DNA of 63,803 nt, filler included, from Dicyema japonicum (lineage: Eukaryota > Animalia > Dicyemida): assembly GCA_011109175.1 (NCBI GenBank). It is 6 parts of 6 records of this genome, joined end to end, with 100 filler letters (N's around TTAATTAATTAA, not from the genome) between each part and the next. Parts side by side here need not be neighbours in the genome. Positions count along the whole stretch, not along the records: positions 1 to 17,365 come from RDEW01000133.1; positions 17,466 to 21,832 come from RDEW01000024.1; positions 21,933 to 26,538 come from RDEW01000040.1; 3 more parts are not named here. One strand, given 5' to 3'. A program made the translations under genes and the position numbers. Of this stretch, positions 11,050-24,524 are shown piece by piece. Each line of letters begins with the position of its first letter. Positions within the stretch are counted from its first letter, which is position 1. A model generated the notes under the pieces. The model was not told where the DNA came from. It saw only the letters and a program-made list of their open reading frames with translations, and did not search any database.

Positions 11050-14000
11050 GACAGGAGAATCTCATGACATTTCTTAAGAATTGTAAGAACCGAACACACA
11101 GCCGACATATACTTTTAGACACGACTATTTAGATTTATTTGTATTCCGAACCTGTCTTACCGTAGTCATAAATCTTTTAAATTAAATGGGTATCTCATCA
11201 GAAATTAATGGTATCTATATGATGACAGTCTTCTCTGTGTCTGAAAGCTGCTATTCTTTCCTCCATAGTCACCTTCATTGATTAAGTCCGTTGCTAGTTG
11301 AATACTTGTCTACTATTATTTTTTTCGTTTTAAATAGACCTTCGTCTATTTCTAAGATCATTCAATTCGTCGCCTATAGTTAAACAGAAAATACCAATTT
11401 TTGATTTTATCGAAATAATCAATTCAAGTAAATATACCTCTCTGATAAACATTTGCCAATCTACTGTTGTCGCCGAACTCAAGTCAAGAATGTTTTTGAC
11501 TAGTTAAGATCTCCACACAAAAATAAATCGAATAGCATCTTCAAAATTCACTTTAGAGTTCTCTAATCATGTACCTAAGTATGTAACCATGAATAATACC
11601 AGATAATAACCTAATAATAGTCTTACAGATTCTTTTCAAACGGCACCACCTTTGATGCTTTAAGGATTATTGCGTGACCTTTTTTGCAATATTTTTCTAT
11701 TGGAAAAAATCTTTTTTTCTTGTAAAAAGTTTAATAGATTTTTCTTTTTTTGACAAGACAAACAAAGCATCCTAGGATAGGACCGCGTATTTTGCTTGTT
11801 TTGATCCTCGGCCATCAAAACCAGGATAAAGAGGCAATTTAATGTAGGTTGCAAAGGGCGAATATCTATAGTTTCCACGTGCTAGATTAATTTGTGTAAT
11901 GGCATTTACAGGGTATAGTTTAAATGGGAGAATAAATGTCCACGATTTAATGAGAGTAAAAAAGTATTCATAAACATTAATAGGTTCGAGTTAAAAAGGG
12001 ACTTTAGACATTGATGTACTTATTTGCGTGTTCAGGTCCATCCAACAAGAAATGTTATCTCGAAGGAATTAGTTATTAATTCCAGAATATACATAATAAT
12101 CTGTCTCATTTAGACAAAAAAATTATTCTAAGTCAACTAATTAAATGATCCAAGCTTCTACTAACTCCCCAAGTCTTTCTGAGTGGTGCTAGCATCCGAA
12201 AGCGTCTTTTCAAATATCTAAAGAGGAGCGTGATCCAGGTGTGCTTCTTTAGGACTTATTGGGATTTCTCCAAATGGGATCTGGTTCACCTTACTCAAGA
12301 GACTCTCAATAGCTGGCCGACATTCGAAAAGACATCTCCTCATTCCATAAAAGCTTCAGGATCATGGGATTAGTTAGTTTGGTTTTACCATTGGTCTTTG
12401 GAATAATTTCATTTCAACTTTCGTTTTTTCGTGTGAGATAATTCGATTCTAAATTATAATATATTTAACTTTTCAAGCATCTTTGGTTATTATTTACCTC
12501 TGGTCCCTTCGATTGAATGAAATTGGTGGCTAACAGAATGTCAAAAAGAGCGGATGCTCCTAGAGATCCGTCAGGTGTATTTGGTGCTGTGCATAACTAT
12601 CTTGGATATATTATGATCAAAGATTTATGGATATACTATGATCAAGGATTTTAAATTGCCAATCAAGGGTGTATTAAGATAAAACACGAATTATGTGTTA
12701 TACATTAGTAAGCAACTCTAGTGATTCAGAGCTCATTACCTTTAACGTGTTGGAGGGAGTTGATTCAGTCATCCATTCCGCCATCTTTTTTGCTGTCAAG
12801 AATCCGATACCAAGTAGGGAAGAAAACGATTTGGTTTTAAAATCTCTAAGGTTTAACATACTACATCATTAAGACGAATTATTTTATTAAAGTAAAGTGT
12901 TTATTTTTCTTTGAAAGTCTTGGCTCTCTCGGAAAGTAGAGGTGGTGGATTTATTAACCAATCATCTCCTTGTATACGATGAAAAAAATAACTGGGTATC
13001 AGATTCTAACTAAAAAAGTCTGATAAACTAATGTTTCGAGATCAAATCTTGAGGAAAAAATTTAATAAAACTTTTCGGTTATCATAATTTTGATTGGTGT
13101 AGATATTATGAATACATGTTCATTTAAAGTCGATACCACACGTGGTTTTAATATCATCTTCTTATATGTTTATATGTGTTCTCAGCGGCTACCTGGTGGA
13201 AGGGTTTTAAGTTATCAGTATAATGTATTGTGATTTTTATTTCTCGGGGAATTAATGCCTAGATAGAACCAAAAAAAATCCTATGTTCTTAATATCTTTA
13301 GTAAACTTCACGTGACTTCTCAGAGCGGATCATTCTTATATAGGTTCCTCTATTAGAAACTCTTATTTACTAAGTTAAGAATATGAGAGTTCTCAGGTGG
13401 GAATCTAACTCGAATATTAAATTATTCTTATTGGTTTGTCGTATATTTTACATTCGCCAATTGTCTGTCTATTTTTGCTACAAAGGGGTTACATCTATGA
13501 TTCGTTCACAAGAATAATCGTTCAAGAGGCTTATGTCCGAACATCGTCATAAAACTGAATGATCTTTATCAAATATTCAGTAATGATGCCGTGTATCAAA
13601 TTTACAAATAAACAATATAATAAAAAATAATTTTTAATTACATTTGAAAAACTTTAAATAAACTCAGCGGGCGTTGTTAATTCTTGTGAATGGGCGTAAA
13701 CTCAATTAACAAAGTAAATATGCAAAACAATATTGGATATGACGATTCGTTGTATTTTGAAACCTTATTTTAGGGCAAAAATGATTTACACGCGGTTTGT
13801 AGATAGGAATTCGACTACCTTGAACCTACTTGATAATTTTGGTAATTACAACCCACGTGGTCTTGTTGTGCTCATTAGGAAATTAGAGGATTTACAATGT
13901 CTCCATTCAAAGTTGTTACATTTGAAACGTCTTCACTCGGTTGTTCATGTGTGATTATAGTAGATTCTTAAGGGAAAGGTATATTCCTTAAAAAATTCAT

Positions 14001-14750
14001 TTTCTACTGTCAGAACTCCGACTAATTGGAAGAAATCCTTCATTGTAGTTCTGGTTACGATTTAGACCCTACTTGCTGACTTTGATGATATGGTGGCAAA
14101 GTATGAGCGAATAATTGCTTACAAGAGAGTGAGATTTTACTGCTTTCATGATTATATAATTTTCTTTCTTTAAAATTATGTTTCTGATCAGTTTATTGAA
14201 ACACACGAGAAGAACTGGTCTTTTTCTAGTATGCATTGGGTATAGAGATGTTGGAAGCTCTGATTTTAAATAAAATACGTTGTATGTGCAAATCTTTTCG
14301 TTCTAATCTCGTCCTCATAAGCGTTTAAACATATGAGACCCGATACATTCGCTAAGAGATCATATCCATCATAAATTCTCATCTGTAATTCTGATTAATC
14401 CACACAGTATTTAAAACTAAGAATATGAATAATTTCGTGACCTTGCATGATTTTAACACTTAAATACAATAAACATTCCTCGTGTTTTTCATAAAAATCC
14501 TACAATGCGATTATGCTCATAAAGTTGGAGTGATTTCATACAATGTGTACCGAGGCCTGCTTGATAGCTCCTCAAAGTTGCTTGCATGGACAGGTGAGAT
14601 GTGAAAGGTTTGACTACAATCTTTACGTTTGAGAGGTACAAGCAATCGGTATTGACTACCAATCTCATACCAACATCTCAGGATCCGGGTAAACGCATTG
14701 TAAGCCGTTAAGGAAGGTTAAAGAAAGGAAATATAATGGATTCTCGAACG
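11050..14750 (-). CDS. One or more probable micro-intron-rich host genes, unidentified; boundaries approximate
   Basis: Alternating moderate-GC open segments and short AT-rich GT..AG spacers on the minus strand (e.g. NAFTRILRCWYEIGSQYRLLVPLKRK, DFYEKHEECLLYLSVKIMQ, RIQGDDWLINPPPLLSERAK); no family recognised. Confidence 0.3.
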
Positions 14751-15879
14751 GTTCACTTTCAATGATGAAGCATGCAACTATTGGTGGAGTTGTTGTATTC
14801 AAAAGAACCACTTAAACCCTTGTGTTTGCAATGTGGTGCGAATTTTTCAAGCGAATCGATAAAGTCATCTCGCTTACTAGAACTCGCAGAACGCAAGCAT
14901 CCTCAATCACTAAGAAAAGATTTGAATTTTTTACGATTCTATAACAAAAGTCTTGTGTATTTATATAAAGTTGTAGAAATTATCGCCAATACTGTTATTT
15001 TCTTTATTTTTTTATAAATAATCCTCAGTCGAAAATGTTATTCATCCATGATGAAATAATAATCTATTATTTCCTCAAAGGAAATCTTAGAATTACCTAA
15101 AACTATTTCATTCAATAATGATACAATTCTATGAATTGAAAATACGTCATTAATTGTTACATTTAAAATCATTAAATCGACACAAGATTTTCAATTTATA
15201 CGAATTGAAACAAAAATATAAATAATGTTAGCTATGATTATACTAAACTAACATATCCTTTTTACGTGGATCTTCACCAGCCATCCACATGACTTTCATT
15301 TCCTACTCGGACTGTGGATCTGCCGCTTCGCTAATGGATGAGTTCCCCGCTCTTCAAGCCACCTCGACGCGTAAAAGATTTCGTCAATTGGTGTCTTGTC
15401 TCCATGTTTGTGCTCAACAATAATACTTTCTAATGTTTTTCTTTAAAACCACCGATTTAATATAAGTTTTTATTGCCACATCAATCGACAAAGCTTTTTA
15501 AATGATTTCTGTATCACGTGGATGTAATTCCTCCCATGTCAAAACCAGAGTAATAATTTTCATAAAAGCATCTTCATGTCTAAAAACTCATAATATATTC
15601 TCTGCAATGAGTGCTGCTGGTTATTTGTGCGAATCACGCTCTCCATCCTGGAAGAAATTAGCTATGAAGTCAGAGTGGACGATATATGACCATTTCTCAC
15701 TTTTTTCTTTAATAAATTGATTTATTCTTTGCAATTGATGATGCAATAGCAATCGTACTATTGTGAATATATGGATTTTAAAACAAAAATATGAAATGCG
15801 ATATTTACCCATTGTATTTAAACGCAGTCACAATTAGTTAGTTTGTTAAGTAACCCCAGCCTCACTAAATTGTAGGAGG

Positions 15880-17800
15880 CCAACAGTTATTAAATAGTAC
15901 GCAGCAGATGTTGGTCGATCCCATAGATCGGTCAGTCACGGCATTATAGACGAACGAGGAGTATAAGAGCAAAAGAGAGGAACTTCAAGGTTCTCATTTC
16001 CTGATGATCTCCAATTTGGAGGATCTTTAATTCCCAATGTCTCAGATCAAGCCCCTGTTGATCTTGAGACATCCATTAATTGTCCTGAGCGCGTAAGAGA
16101 GGTAATTGTCAATAGAAGTAAGAGAGGCAGATGTTGACCAGCAAGGACTTGCATATTTAATAGTTGTTCTAATGAATTAATCAGATGTTGAGTTCTCATC
16201 ATGCACACTTAATAACTCATCAAATTCTTCCGAAATGTAAGGATAATAGGCATATCGACAGTCAGAATAATCAGAATCAAACACAAATATTTCTATAATT
16301 TGAGCTAACATTTTCGTCCATTTCAACTTGTCCATTATCATTTTTGTAAGCACAATTTCACGTAACTTGGATTTCTTATGAGCTGTTTGAAAAAAAATAA
16401 ATGCTTCAGAGTCTGCCGAATATTCATCATTGAATTAAACAGATTTTTGAGATCTTAAATGAACCAAGGCTATTTGTTCATATGAGCCAAGACATAGGCA
16501 GTAAAATATTGAAATGGACTTCACCGTTCAAACTTTTTTGTTCTAAATTAAATTATTAATCTGTTTCGGTAACTTGTATGAAACCGGTGACATTAAAAAG
16601 ATAGGATGATCTCAGAGATTCATCGAGCCCTGGTGGTCCAGGGTATGTAAAGAGATCCATAACCAATATCGCACCCAGAGGCGGATAAGTCCACTTCTCA
16701 AGCGAAAAAAATTCCATTCTGACGGGCCTAGGAAGAAAAGAGTTCTGAAGCTCTAATCTCAGGAGGTCTGCACTCCTGTATCTTGTTCTCTTCGAGGGTT
16801 CGTATTCCTGTATAAACACAAAATCATGTATATTTTATTCACCCACGTTAGGTCTTTGTTGGAGTAGGGATTTTCCTGGAGTGTTCATGGAGATAGGTGA
16901 ATGTTTTCCACACATGTCTGCAGTTAATAGATTCAAATAATGGGATGGTGAGTGGTTTAGGTCAATCGATTTTCAGAAATATATTGTACGCTCCTCATTT
17001 AAGGTAACCAAGGGCATGATCTTCGACTCCCAGTGTAAGTGTGCCCAACGGAAGATGATTTTAAACAGCCTGTGATAGCTCTCAATACTTAATTTGAACC
17101 TGCTGCAGTTTTGTAGTAGGAAGAGTGATATGTACCCCAGGTTGAAGATGGCATGTCTTGATGACTTGCTTGTACAGAAGCGTTAAACACTTATTTTGTT
17201 GGCCGTTCGGGTGACAAGCTACTGCTCGAAAAATAATTGATGTTCGCTATGGCTTTAGTGGAAAGTTGTTCAAACGTTGGTTGTTAAAGAAGATTAACGA
17301 GTCAAACTCGAATCCGAGAATTTATGATGTTTAACCACTGCAAGAAGTTGTGTTGAGGTATATAGNNNNNNNNNNNNNNNNNNNNNNNNNNNNNNNNNNN
17401 NNNNNNNNNTTAATTAATTAANNNNNNNNNNNNNNNNNNNNNNNNNNNNNNNNNNNNNNNNNNNNGAATCTTTCACACGCAGACAGATCGTGTTCTCCTC
17501 AAGTGAGACATCTTGTATTCTTACAGAAGCAGGATATATGCCCATAGCGTTGGCAGTTGAAACATTTATGTGGGCTTCTTCCGTACAATTCGCATGTAAT
17601 GGTACGTGAGAAATGTTGAAACAATGTCCGACAAGCGAAGTAGCCTCCGCCTATGATCCAACTAGAACCCTTACAAAAGGGAGTCTCCATCTGCCTTGTA
17701 GAAATGACATAAGCTCGTGCTAGATGAGGCTAATTCCTTTACGAATTCATAAAGGTCGTTATCATATACCCATAAAGGCAGGTTGTTCACACAATTTCGA
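15880..17800 (-). mobile_element. Degraded Jockey/I-group-like LINE (ORF1 zinc knuckle and ORF2 remnants)
   Basis: Gag-like knuckle CFNCQRYGHISCFCKNTRC (17499-17690); post-RT segment IKYASPCWS...YALRTINGCLK near 16050-16170. Confidence 0.6.
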
Positions 17801-18519
17801 AAGATCTAGTCAGATTTAACTAAAGCAATGGTTTCCAAGAACATAAGGAGAAGTAGCATCCACATGTTCATATAAATTCCTTTGTCCCCTCCTTTCTGAA
17901 TTCGAGGCGGAAGATCCCGGAGCCTTTGTGACTCAATCTGATAAATCCCGTCAAGTTTACGAGTACAGCACGTTAGAAATTTTGATAGCTCTTTATATTC
18001 GATGTGACAGAAATATGTGTCTAAAGAAGACGAACAAACTGACGGATCTGTCACTTAAAAGAAGAAATCGATTGATACAAATAAAAAGAAGACTCAAGAG
18101 AGTTCTGACATGTCTAGAATACGGAAGAAATCAGGAAAATATGTCAACTTAAACGAGCCGTGGATGATTCACTCACAGAAAAGTGATAAAAATCCCCATA
18201 TTTATGGTATCATTTATGATCAATTTAATTTCCCTCATCAGCTAAGAAACCAGCAGTTTCTGTTTTTTGAAAGTCATTTCCTGACAATTTGGTTGATTTT
18301 TGATGTGACTTAGCTTTCTGAAAAGCGGTTATAACCTCAGTGAGTCTAAACACTCCGGGTTTGAGCCATTCGAGCTTCCATAACAGTTTACCTACCAGAA
18401 GTTGGTTCAGATACTGACAATAATCAACTTTCTCTTCATTTTCCGCGGTTTTTGAACTTCCAAGAGGATGAGACAATTTCCTCTGGTATTTATTATTAAC
18501 TGTTAACACTCTTCCGGAC

Positions 18520-19010
18520 AATACATTCGCGAAGTAGTGGCTTATGGTTCAAAACATGTTTGAACCACGTGACCACACGTTTGGACACGACTTGACTCAA
18601 CGCATTAGTGGTCTCCTGACCATACTTTCGTGAAGTAGTGGATTTTGGCTGAAGGCTTGACTAGAAATCACCGGATAAACTGTGGGAATTATCGTCTTGT
18701 GGCTCAAGTTTTGATTGGAAATTCTTGGATCCACGTGGAAGTAGTTGTTTATGTCTCAAAGCCCCTGGACCCACTTGACCCCACGTTTGGACACTACTGG
18801 CTATTGACTCAACACTTTAGTGGTCTCCCGGACTATATTTTCGTGAAATAATGGTTTGTGTGTCAAGGTTTGACTGGAAATCATCTATTACATGTATGAA
18901 GTAGTGGCTTATTACTCAACCCTTGATTTACCTGCGTTGCTTCACTTTTGGAATCTACTGACTATTGATCAACTCCTTACTGGAGTCTCCCGGCTTACTC
19001 AAAACAACAA
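18520..19010. repeat. Degenerate tandem repeat with recurring sub-units
   Basis: Recurring GAAGTAGTGG, CCACGTTTGGACAC, TTGACTCAAC..AGTGGTCTCC; two full ~240-250 bp units plus a partial third. Confidence 0.55.
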
Positions 19011-20149
19011 AATTCGTATCAAAGTGAGGTGGCTTACAAACCAGTGTTCTTTATAAGAGTTTGAAAAGATCATATTCTGCAAAGGCTCATAAGTCACTTT
19101 CAGAACATAAGACTTTTGCCACATACAACACTTGAAGTTGTAGCTAGACGAAACCACGTGGATTCTTTCACATTCAGTATATTATTCTGAAAATAGACGC
19201 ATAAAGAACTGTGACTACATGAGTTCCGTGAAGGTCTCTAATTTTGAGTATGATGAAAGAACGCTTAGAAAATTATCTCAATGTCTCAATGCTTCTCATT
19301 GTTTCGATTGTTCTGGCAAATTTTAGGGAGTAACTCAGACCTTTTAGTCAGACAATATCAATGGGATATGTTGATTTCCCCTTCTACGAGTTTTTCACAT
19401 AATTATATATGGGAAATTGTATACATATTGATCAATTTGTTAAAACTAGTAATATTGGCCGTCTGTAAAGTTATCTTTGTATCCGTGAATTCCACAAATG
19501 GTATGTTCACGCTTTAAAACGCGGAAAATATCATATAAACTCATTTTCAGACAGGCTCTTCGAACTTTGGATGCGAACATCTTGACAAAGTTGAATTATC
19601 CTCCCTCAACTAACATTCCAGACTGAATTCTAAGCTTAATAGTAAAAAATACTGCTTCTGTGGTCTTTTCCAACTTAACAACGCTTAACGAGGTGTCTGC
19701 TTACTTGACGGTAAAAAGTTTTCAGCAAAATCCCAATATCAGCAGAATGACGCCATCTTTCATAACCGAGAAGTATGGAATGAGTAAAGGCAGCCTCATA
19801 CTGTCTGGCAATCTTGGAGATCAAACAAACGACTAAACTGCGAATGGTCGTGTTTGGGTTAACAAAAATAAGTTTATACGTTTGTTCATAGTAAGAAGGA
19901 TGCCAGTATCCTAATGGTCATTCTCAAATATTAAATTAAAGCATATGACTATCGAATGGATCACAAATTCCATACGGTCCTTCAAGCCGTAGTCAAATAA
20001 AGACAGAATCACAGAGCACGTGTCGTAAAGTAGATTGAAGGTCAAAATATCAAGGGAAATTAGTAAGAATTCGCTTCGAACCGCAAAACTGACTTTTTTA
20101 CGAACAACGTTTAATATGTGACGCATTATTGTACTTTGAATTCTTTCCT

Positions 20150-21450
20150 TTCAGAAAAAAGGAAACTTTGAACCACGGAACACTGCAGGAGCTATATTAT
20201 AATGTCGTTGGTCGTTTCCCTCTAACGAGTATCCGAGTATGTCCGGTGAAGATTTCTGGTCCTTCGTTGGACCGACGGTCGGAAGTTTGGACCGACGGTC
20301 GGAAGTGAATACAATGCATGATGTGTTGCAATTACCGCCGCTTGCTCTTCAGTATTCATTGGATACTTCATTGATTTTGCGAAGCAGTTCTTCTTGGTGG
20401 AGTGTTTTGTTCAATATCTTGATTTTTTACGGATTTGGTCCTTCTGCCCCTGAAGGGCTTTTCTCTTGTTATAGTCTTTATCGTTTAGTATCTTTGTATG
20501 GATTTCTTTTAACTCCTTTGCAAGTTCTGTATGTATCGTCTGATCCTTACTGGTCATCTCCCGCGTGCCGAGGTACTGGCTTGCTGCTTCGGTGACAATA
20601 ACCATTCTGTGATCGCTGACAGTTGTTGAACCTTCGTAAGAGCGTGCGTTTATAAGAGAGCGTTTGTCGTTAATATAATCTAATCAATTTGGTTTCATAT
20701 AAAGACTAGATTTCCATCTGGGTTTCTTCGTTCGCCCATCAAGTGGCTATGTAGCATGCACGATGAGAGAAGGAAGTGTTGCAAAAGAACAATTTGTTTA
20801 CCATGCGGAAATGGCCAAGTATGGTCCCAGGCAAAATTTTTTCCCTCGTCCTAGTCTTCCCATGAAGGTATCTTTTGAGTTCTTTTTTGTTCCTATTTTC
20901 GCATTTAAATCGCCAGTGATGAATATAAGTGATGACATATTCGTTCTACGTCTTTGATAATGCTGAGTGTAATTATCTAGTTCGGTCGGGTTTTGTAACT
21001 CTTCCACAGTGTGGTGAATATACATTTATAATTGATTGTGTATTTTTAGGGGAACATTGGCTGTTCAGACTGATCTGTATTGCGCAGATCCTGTCATTCA
21101 CCCGCCAAATGAGACTGATGTCAGATGATAGTTTTCTGTGAATAGCGAATCCAAGAACATAGTGTTTTGAGTCAGTGGGTAGGCATATTAGTCGATATTT
21201 TCCATGGTTGTCATCGAGGTAGTACGTAATTTTTGTCTCTTGTGTACAGCCAATAGAAACGTTATATCTTTCTAGGTATCAAATAGAGTATTTCTTGACT
21301 GATGATTAGATATTCCTCGAGCATTGAGCGTAAGAAGCTTTAGGGCAAACATATTCTCTCGAATCTTCTGCTTTCTAGACATTTTTCTTACCGTTGTACA
21401 GAGAAGAAACGTGCACGTCACCACCTCACCAAAAAAACATATCTATGCTA
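20150..21450 (-). mobile_element. RTE-like LINE 5' part (AP endonuclease), degenerate
   Basis: LKLLTLNARGI, FITGDLNAKIG, DYILTTN...ARSYEGSTTVSDHRMVI. Confidence 0.75.
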
Positions 21451-21528
21451 CCTCAAAAAATTAAAAATATTTATTAAACAAAATAAAACATTAATACTTT
21501 AAATTTAATAAAATTTTGGAAAATGATA

Positions 21529-21832
21529 CAGTCCGACCCCGAATTGGGGCAGACCCCAGGGGTGGGGCACCCCCGCATTTTGGGCATTTTTTTTGGCCAA
21601 CATTTTGGCAGAGTAAAATGGAAAATCGATAAAAAATATGGAAATTTTGGGCCACTATAAAATTGTGGGGAATGAAATTATAAGTAAATAAAATTATATT
21701 TTATTAATAAATATATAATTTTAATTTACACGTTTATTTACATTTTTTGTTGTGAATGGTTATCAACTACGAAACAAAATTAACGATTGCTAAATTGATA
21801 TTGAAGAACAAATTATCTGAAAGACAGATAAT
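21529..21832 (+). mobile_element. Left end of a pogo-like element, cut by a gap
   Basis: TA+CAGTCCGACCCC...TTGGGGCA TIR related to the 31331 element; ORF start MVINYETKLTIAKL. Confidence 0.55.
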
Positions 21833-21932
21833 NNNNNNNNNNNNNNNNNNNNNNNNNNNNNNNNNNNNNNNNNNNNTTAATTAATTAANNNNNNNNNNNN
21901 NNNNNNNNNNNNNNNNNNNNNNNNNNNNNNNN

Positions 21933-22902
21933 TGACGACATCCAAAAAATTCAATTAGATGTATTTTTTATGGACCGATTTGAAAAATCTAAAAAAAAGA
22001 TACAGAAAATTATCAGAACAGTTAATTTTTGAAGACGAAGGGATAGTATACATAAAATACAAAAACCAGAGGTTACGTTTTTTCCCCCAAGAAGAAAAGG
22101 AACTTGAACTAATAAAAACTATCGAGGTGATTGTTACATAATCATTATAGATTGAACATATGAGGACACATTTTGGAAGAGAGAAGTTGCTTTCGATACT
22201 GAGGAAGGAAATTTATGCAGTAACCCGAGACGAAATTACTGCTGTGAACTCAAAATGCGTCCACTGTCAGGTGCATATGCATTGAATTATTTGTAGTCAA
22301 AAAAGTTGATGGCGACTAAGCCAACAATTACTCCTATTATTGCAAGAGGGCTTAAAGATCGCTATATTGCAGATTTGGTGGATTTAAGAAGGTATGCTAG
22401 CCTTAATAGCGATAATGGATGGGTATTCCTTTCTAATTTAATTGTAGTTGGTTGTGGTTATAGATTCATTTTTCAAATTCGCAGCTGTAAAACTTGCCAA
22501 ACGGAAATCTGCGGAGGAAATTACGAGAAAAACAAGGAATAATTTCTTGATGATTGGTCCCTCATTAATTCTACAGACGGATAATGGGAAAGAATTTAAG
22601 AACAAATGTATGGAAACAATGTGTAATGATTTAAAAATCATACACATAAGTGGACGACCTAAAGCACCATGGATTCAGGGTCAAGTAAAGAGACAGTTAT
22701 TTGTAAATTTATCTTTAGATACAATCAATCGATCAAAAGGTGGATTAGCTCCACTAGTGCGTCAAATGGGTCATTTGTCAGCTATAAGCAGATAGATTAT
22801 AACATGGCAAAGCATCAAGTTGCTAAAGATACCTGCGAACTTAGAGATACGAATGACGATTTATTTAAAAATGTACACAGAAGTCGTCTGAAAAAAATAT
22901 GA
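21933..22902 (+). mobile_element. Ginger2/KRBA2-like integrase with micro-introns
   Basis: Zinc-binding H...H...CVHC; core RYIADLVD, LQTDNGKEF, GRPKAPWIQGQVKR (catalytic E appears to be K); introns at 22127-22150, ~22271-22297, 22423-22447 and probably ~22693-22715. Confidence 0.8.
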
Positions 22903-23252
22903 CCTTTATAAAAAAAAATTTAGATAATAAAAAATTTTGAATTGTTTATAGTGGTTTTTAAACGGAGAACCTAAAAAAATGTAGAATGTAATAAAATACG
23001 TTATTGATTAAGAAAAATTGGTGATGTGTGTTTTGCCGACTCTTGGTAAAATTCATTCGATCAAAAAATTGATAAAAAATAGAATAATTCGACTTAATTC
23101 CATTATCAAGTTATTTTTAATTAATTATCAGGTTATTTTCGTTTGATTTTATTAAAATTTATGAGGGAGCATTATCCACATCCATCCGAACCTGAAACTT
23201 TGGCTTGGAAACTTCCTAAATGGAAGACGAGCACAAGTACTCTGCAACAACA

Positions 23253-23720
23253 TCAAATCAAGATCTCGCTATTTCCCAAATGGAGTCCCTCAAGGCTCCC
23301 CACTATCACCNTGTTATAGCGTTTTTCACTATTTATTTTGTTCAAAAGTGGTTTTTTTCTACATACACGAGCATATATTTGCTCCCTTCTTAAATAATTT
23401 GCGATGGATCTTTTACCGACTGTTCTTCCGGTTATTTTACGGAGATCATTCCTTAAGCAATCAGCTGTTTTTTGGGGGTCCTCTTTAACCAGGTTGAGTA
23501 AAATAAGGATATCGTCCTTATTAAGAATTTTTGGTCTCCCCGAACCTTTCATTCTTTCAGTCGTACCATATTTAATGAATTTTCGGATGAAGTCAGCGAT
23601 AGTTGATTGCGGGATATTAAGCTCGTCAGATATTTTTTTAGTGGTCCAATTTAACGCATTCAAGCTTAGAATCTTTCCTTTTGTTATTATATCAAGCATT
23701 CGTAATTTTATCGAGCGTTA
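23253..23720 (-). mobile_element. Tc1/mariner transposase N-terminal remnant
   Basis: HTH and GSGRPKIL linker, then YARVCRKKPLLN. Confidence 0.75.
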
Positions 23721-23959
23721 AAATTCTAAAAAAAGTAAAAAATCTCACACTCACCAGAATAAACGGTTTTTTATTGCGCTCGTGTAATTAAAATTTTTAA
23801 TTTAGACATATAACACAATACAAAAAAAATATAACAAAATTGATTTAGGGTTAATTTAATGATCCCTTTCGATATCGACAAAGAAAAATATCGGTTATCT
23901 TTGCAAAATATGCCGTATTTAAAAAAACGGTGTTTTTTTGCACCTAGTGTATTTATTTA

Positions 23960-24490
23960 CAAGGAAAAACCGAAAAAAGAGAGAGAGAAATTAATGAGAC
24001 AAAGTATNAAATTCTTTAGCTCATTGTAAGCTAACTCTATTGAGGAGTGAGAACTTTCAAATTTGCACAATAATTCTGCTATTATTAAACTAGTTTTACC
24101 TGGAATTGTCGAATAATTTCTAACAATAGAACTTAAGCTTTTTACTAGAGATTCATCTCTTAGGCTATTTTTTGCAGCCTGAACAATGATTCCATCATCA
24201 GGAATTGTTTTGAAAATGTTTATCACATGTATTAAATTTTTTGCATAATAAAATGCAGCAGTTAGCCAAGTACCCCATCTAGTTAAAACTACATGAGGTG
24301 GAATTCCAATTTCATTAAATAGTCGTTTTCTCTTGTTATTTTTTGTTATTGCCGCTTGAATTGATGCAATAAGAGAATCAATTTCAGTATAAATAGTCCT
24401 GATTTTCATTGAACAATTATGCATCAGATGAGCAACACAAGTTACGTGAAATAACCTTGGATATAAAAGCTTAAGAACTTTTCCAGCTAT
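23960..24490 (-). mobile_element. hAT-like (DUF659-type) transposase fragment
   Basis: LYPRLFHVTCVAHLMHN and PPHVVLTRWGTWLTAAFYY. Confidence 0.7.
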
Positions 24491-24524
24491 AATTATATGT
24501 TAAATTAAAACCTGCTAGCATATA

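Noticed and set aside
20268-20308. 20-bp direct repeat TTGGACCGACGGTCGGAAGT x2 with a palindrome, and other short repeats considered as CRISPR
   Set aside because: Only two adjacent units, no spacers, eukaryotic context; no CRISPR array in the window.
21529-22902. Chimeric element with a pogo-like TIR and an integrase
   Set aside because: The two parts are separated by a linker gap and no matching right TIR was found.
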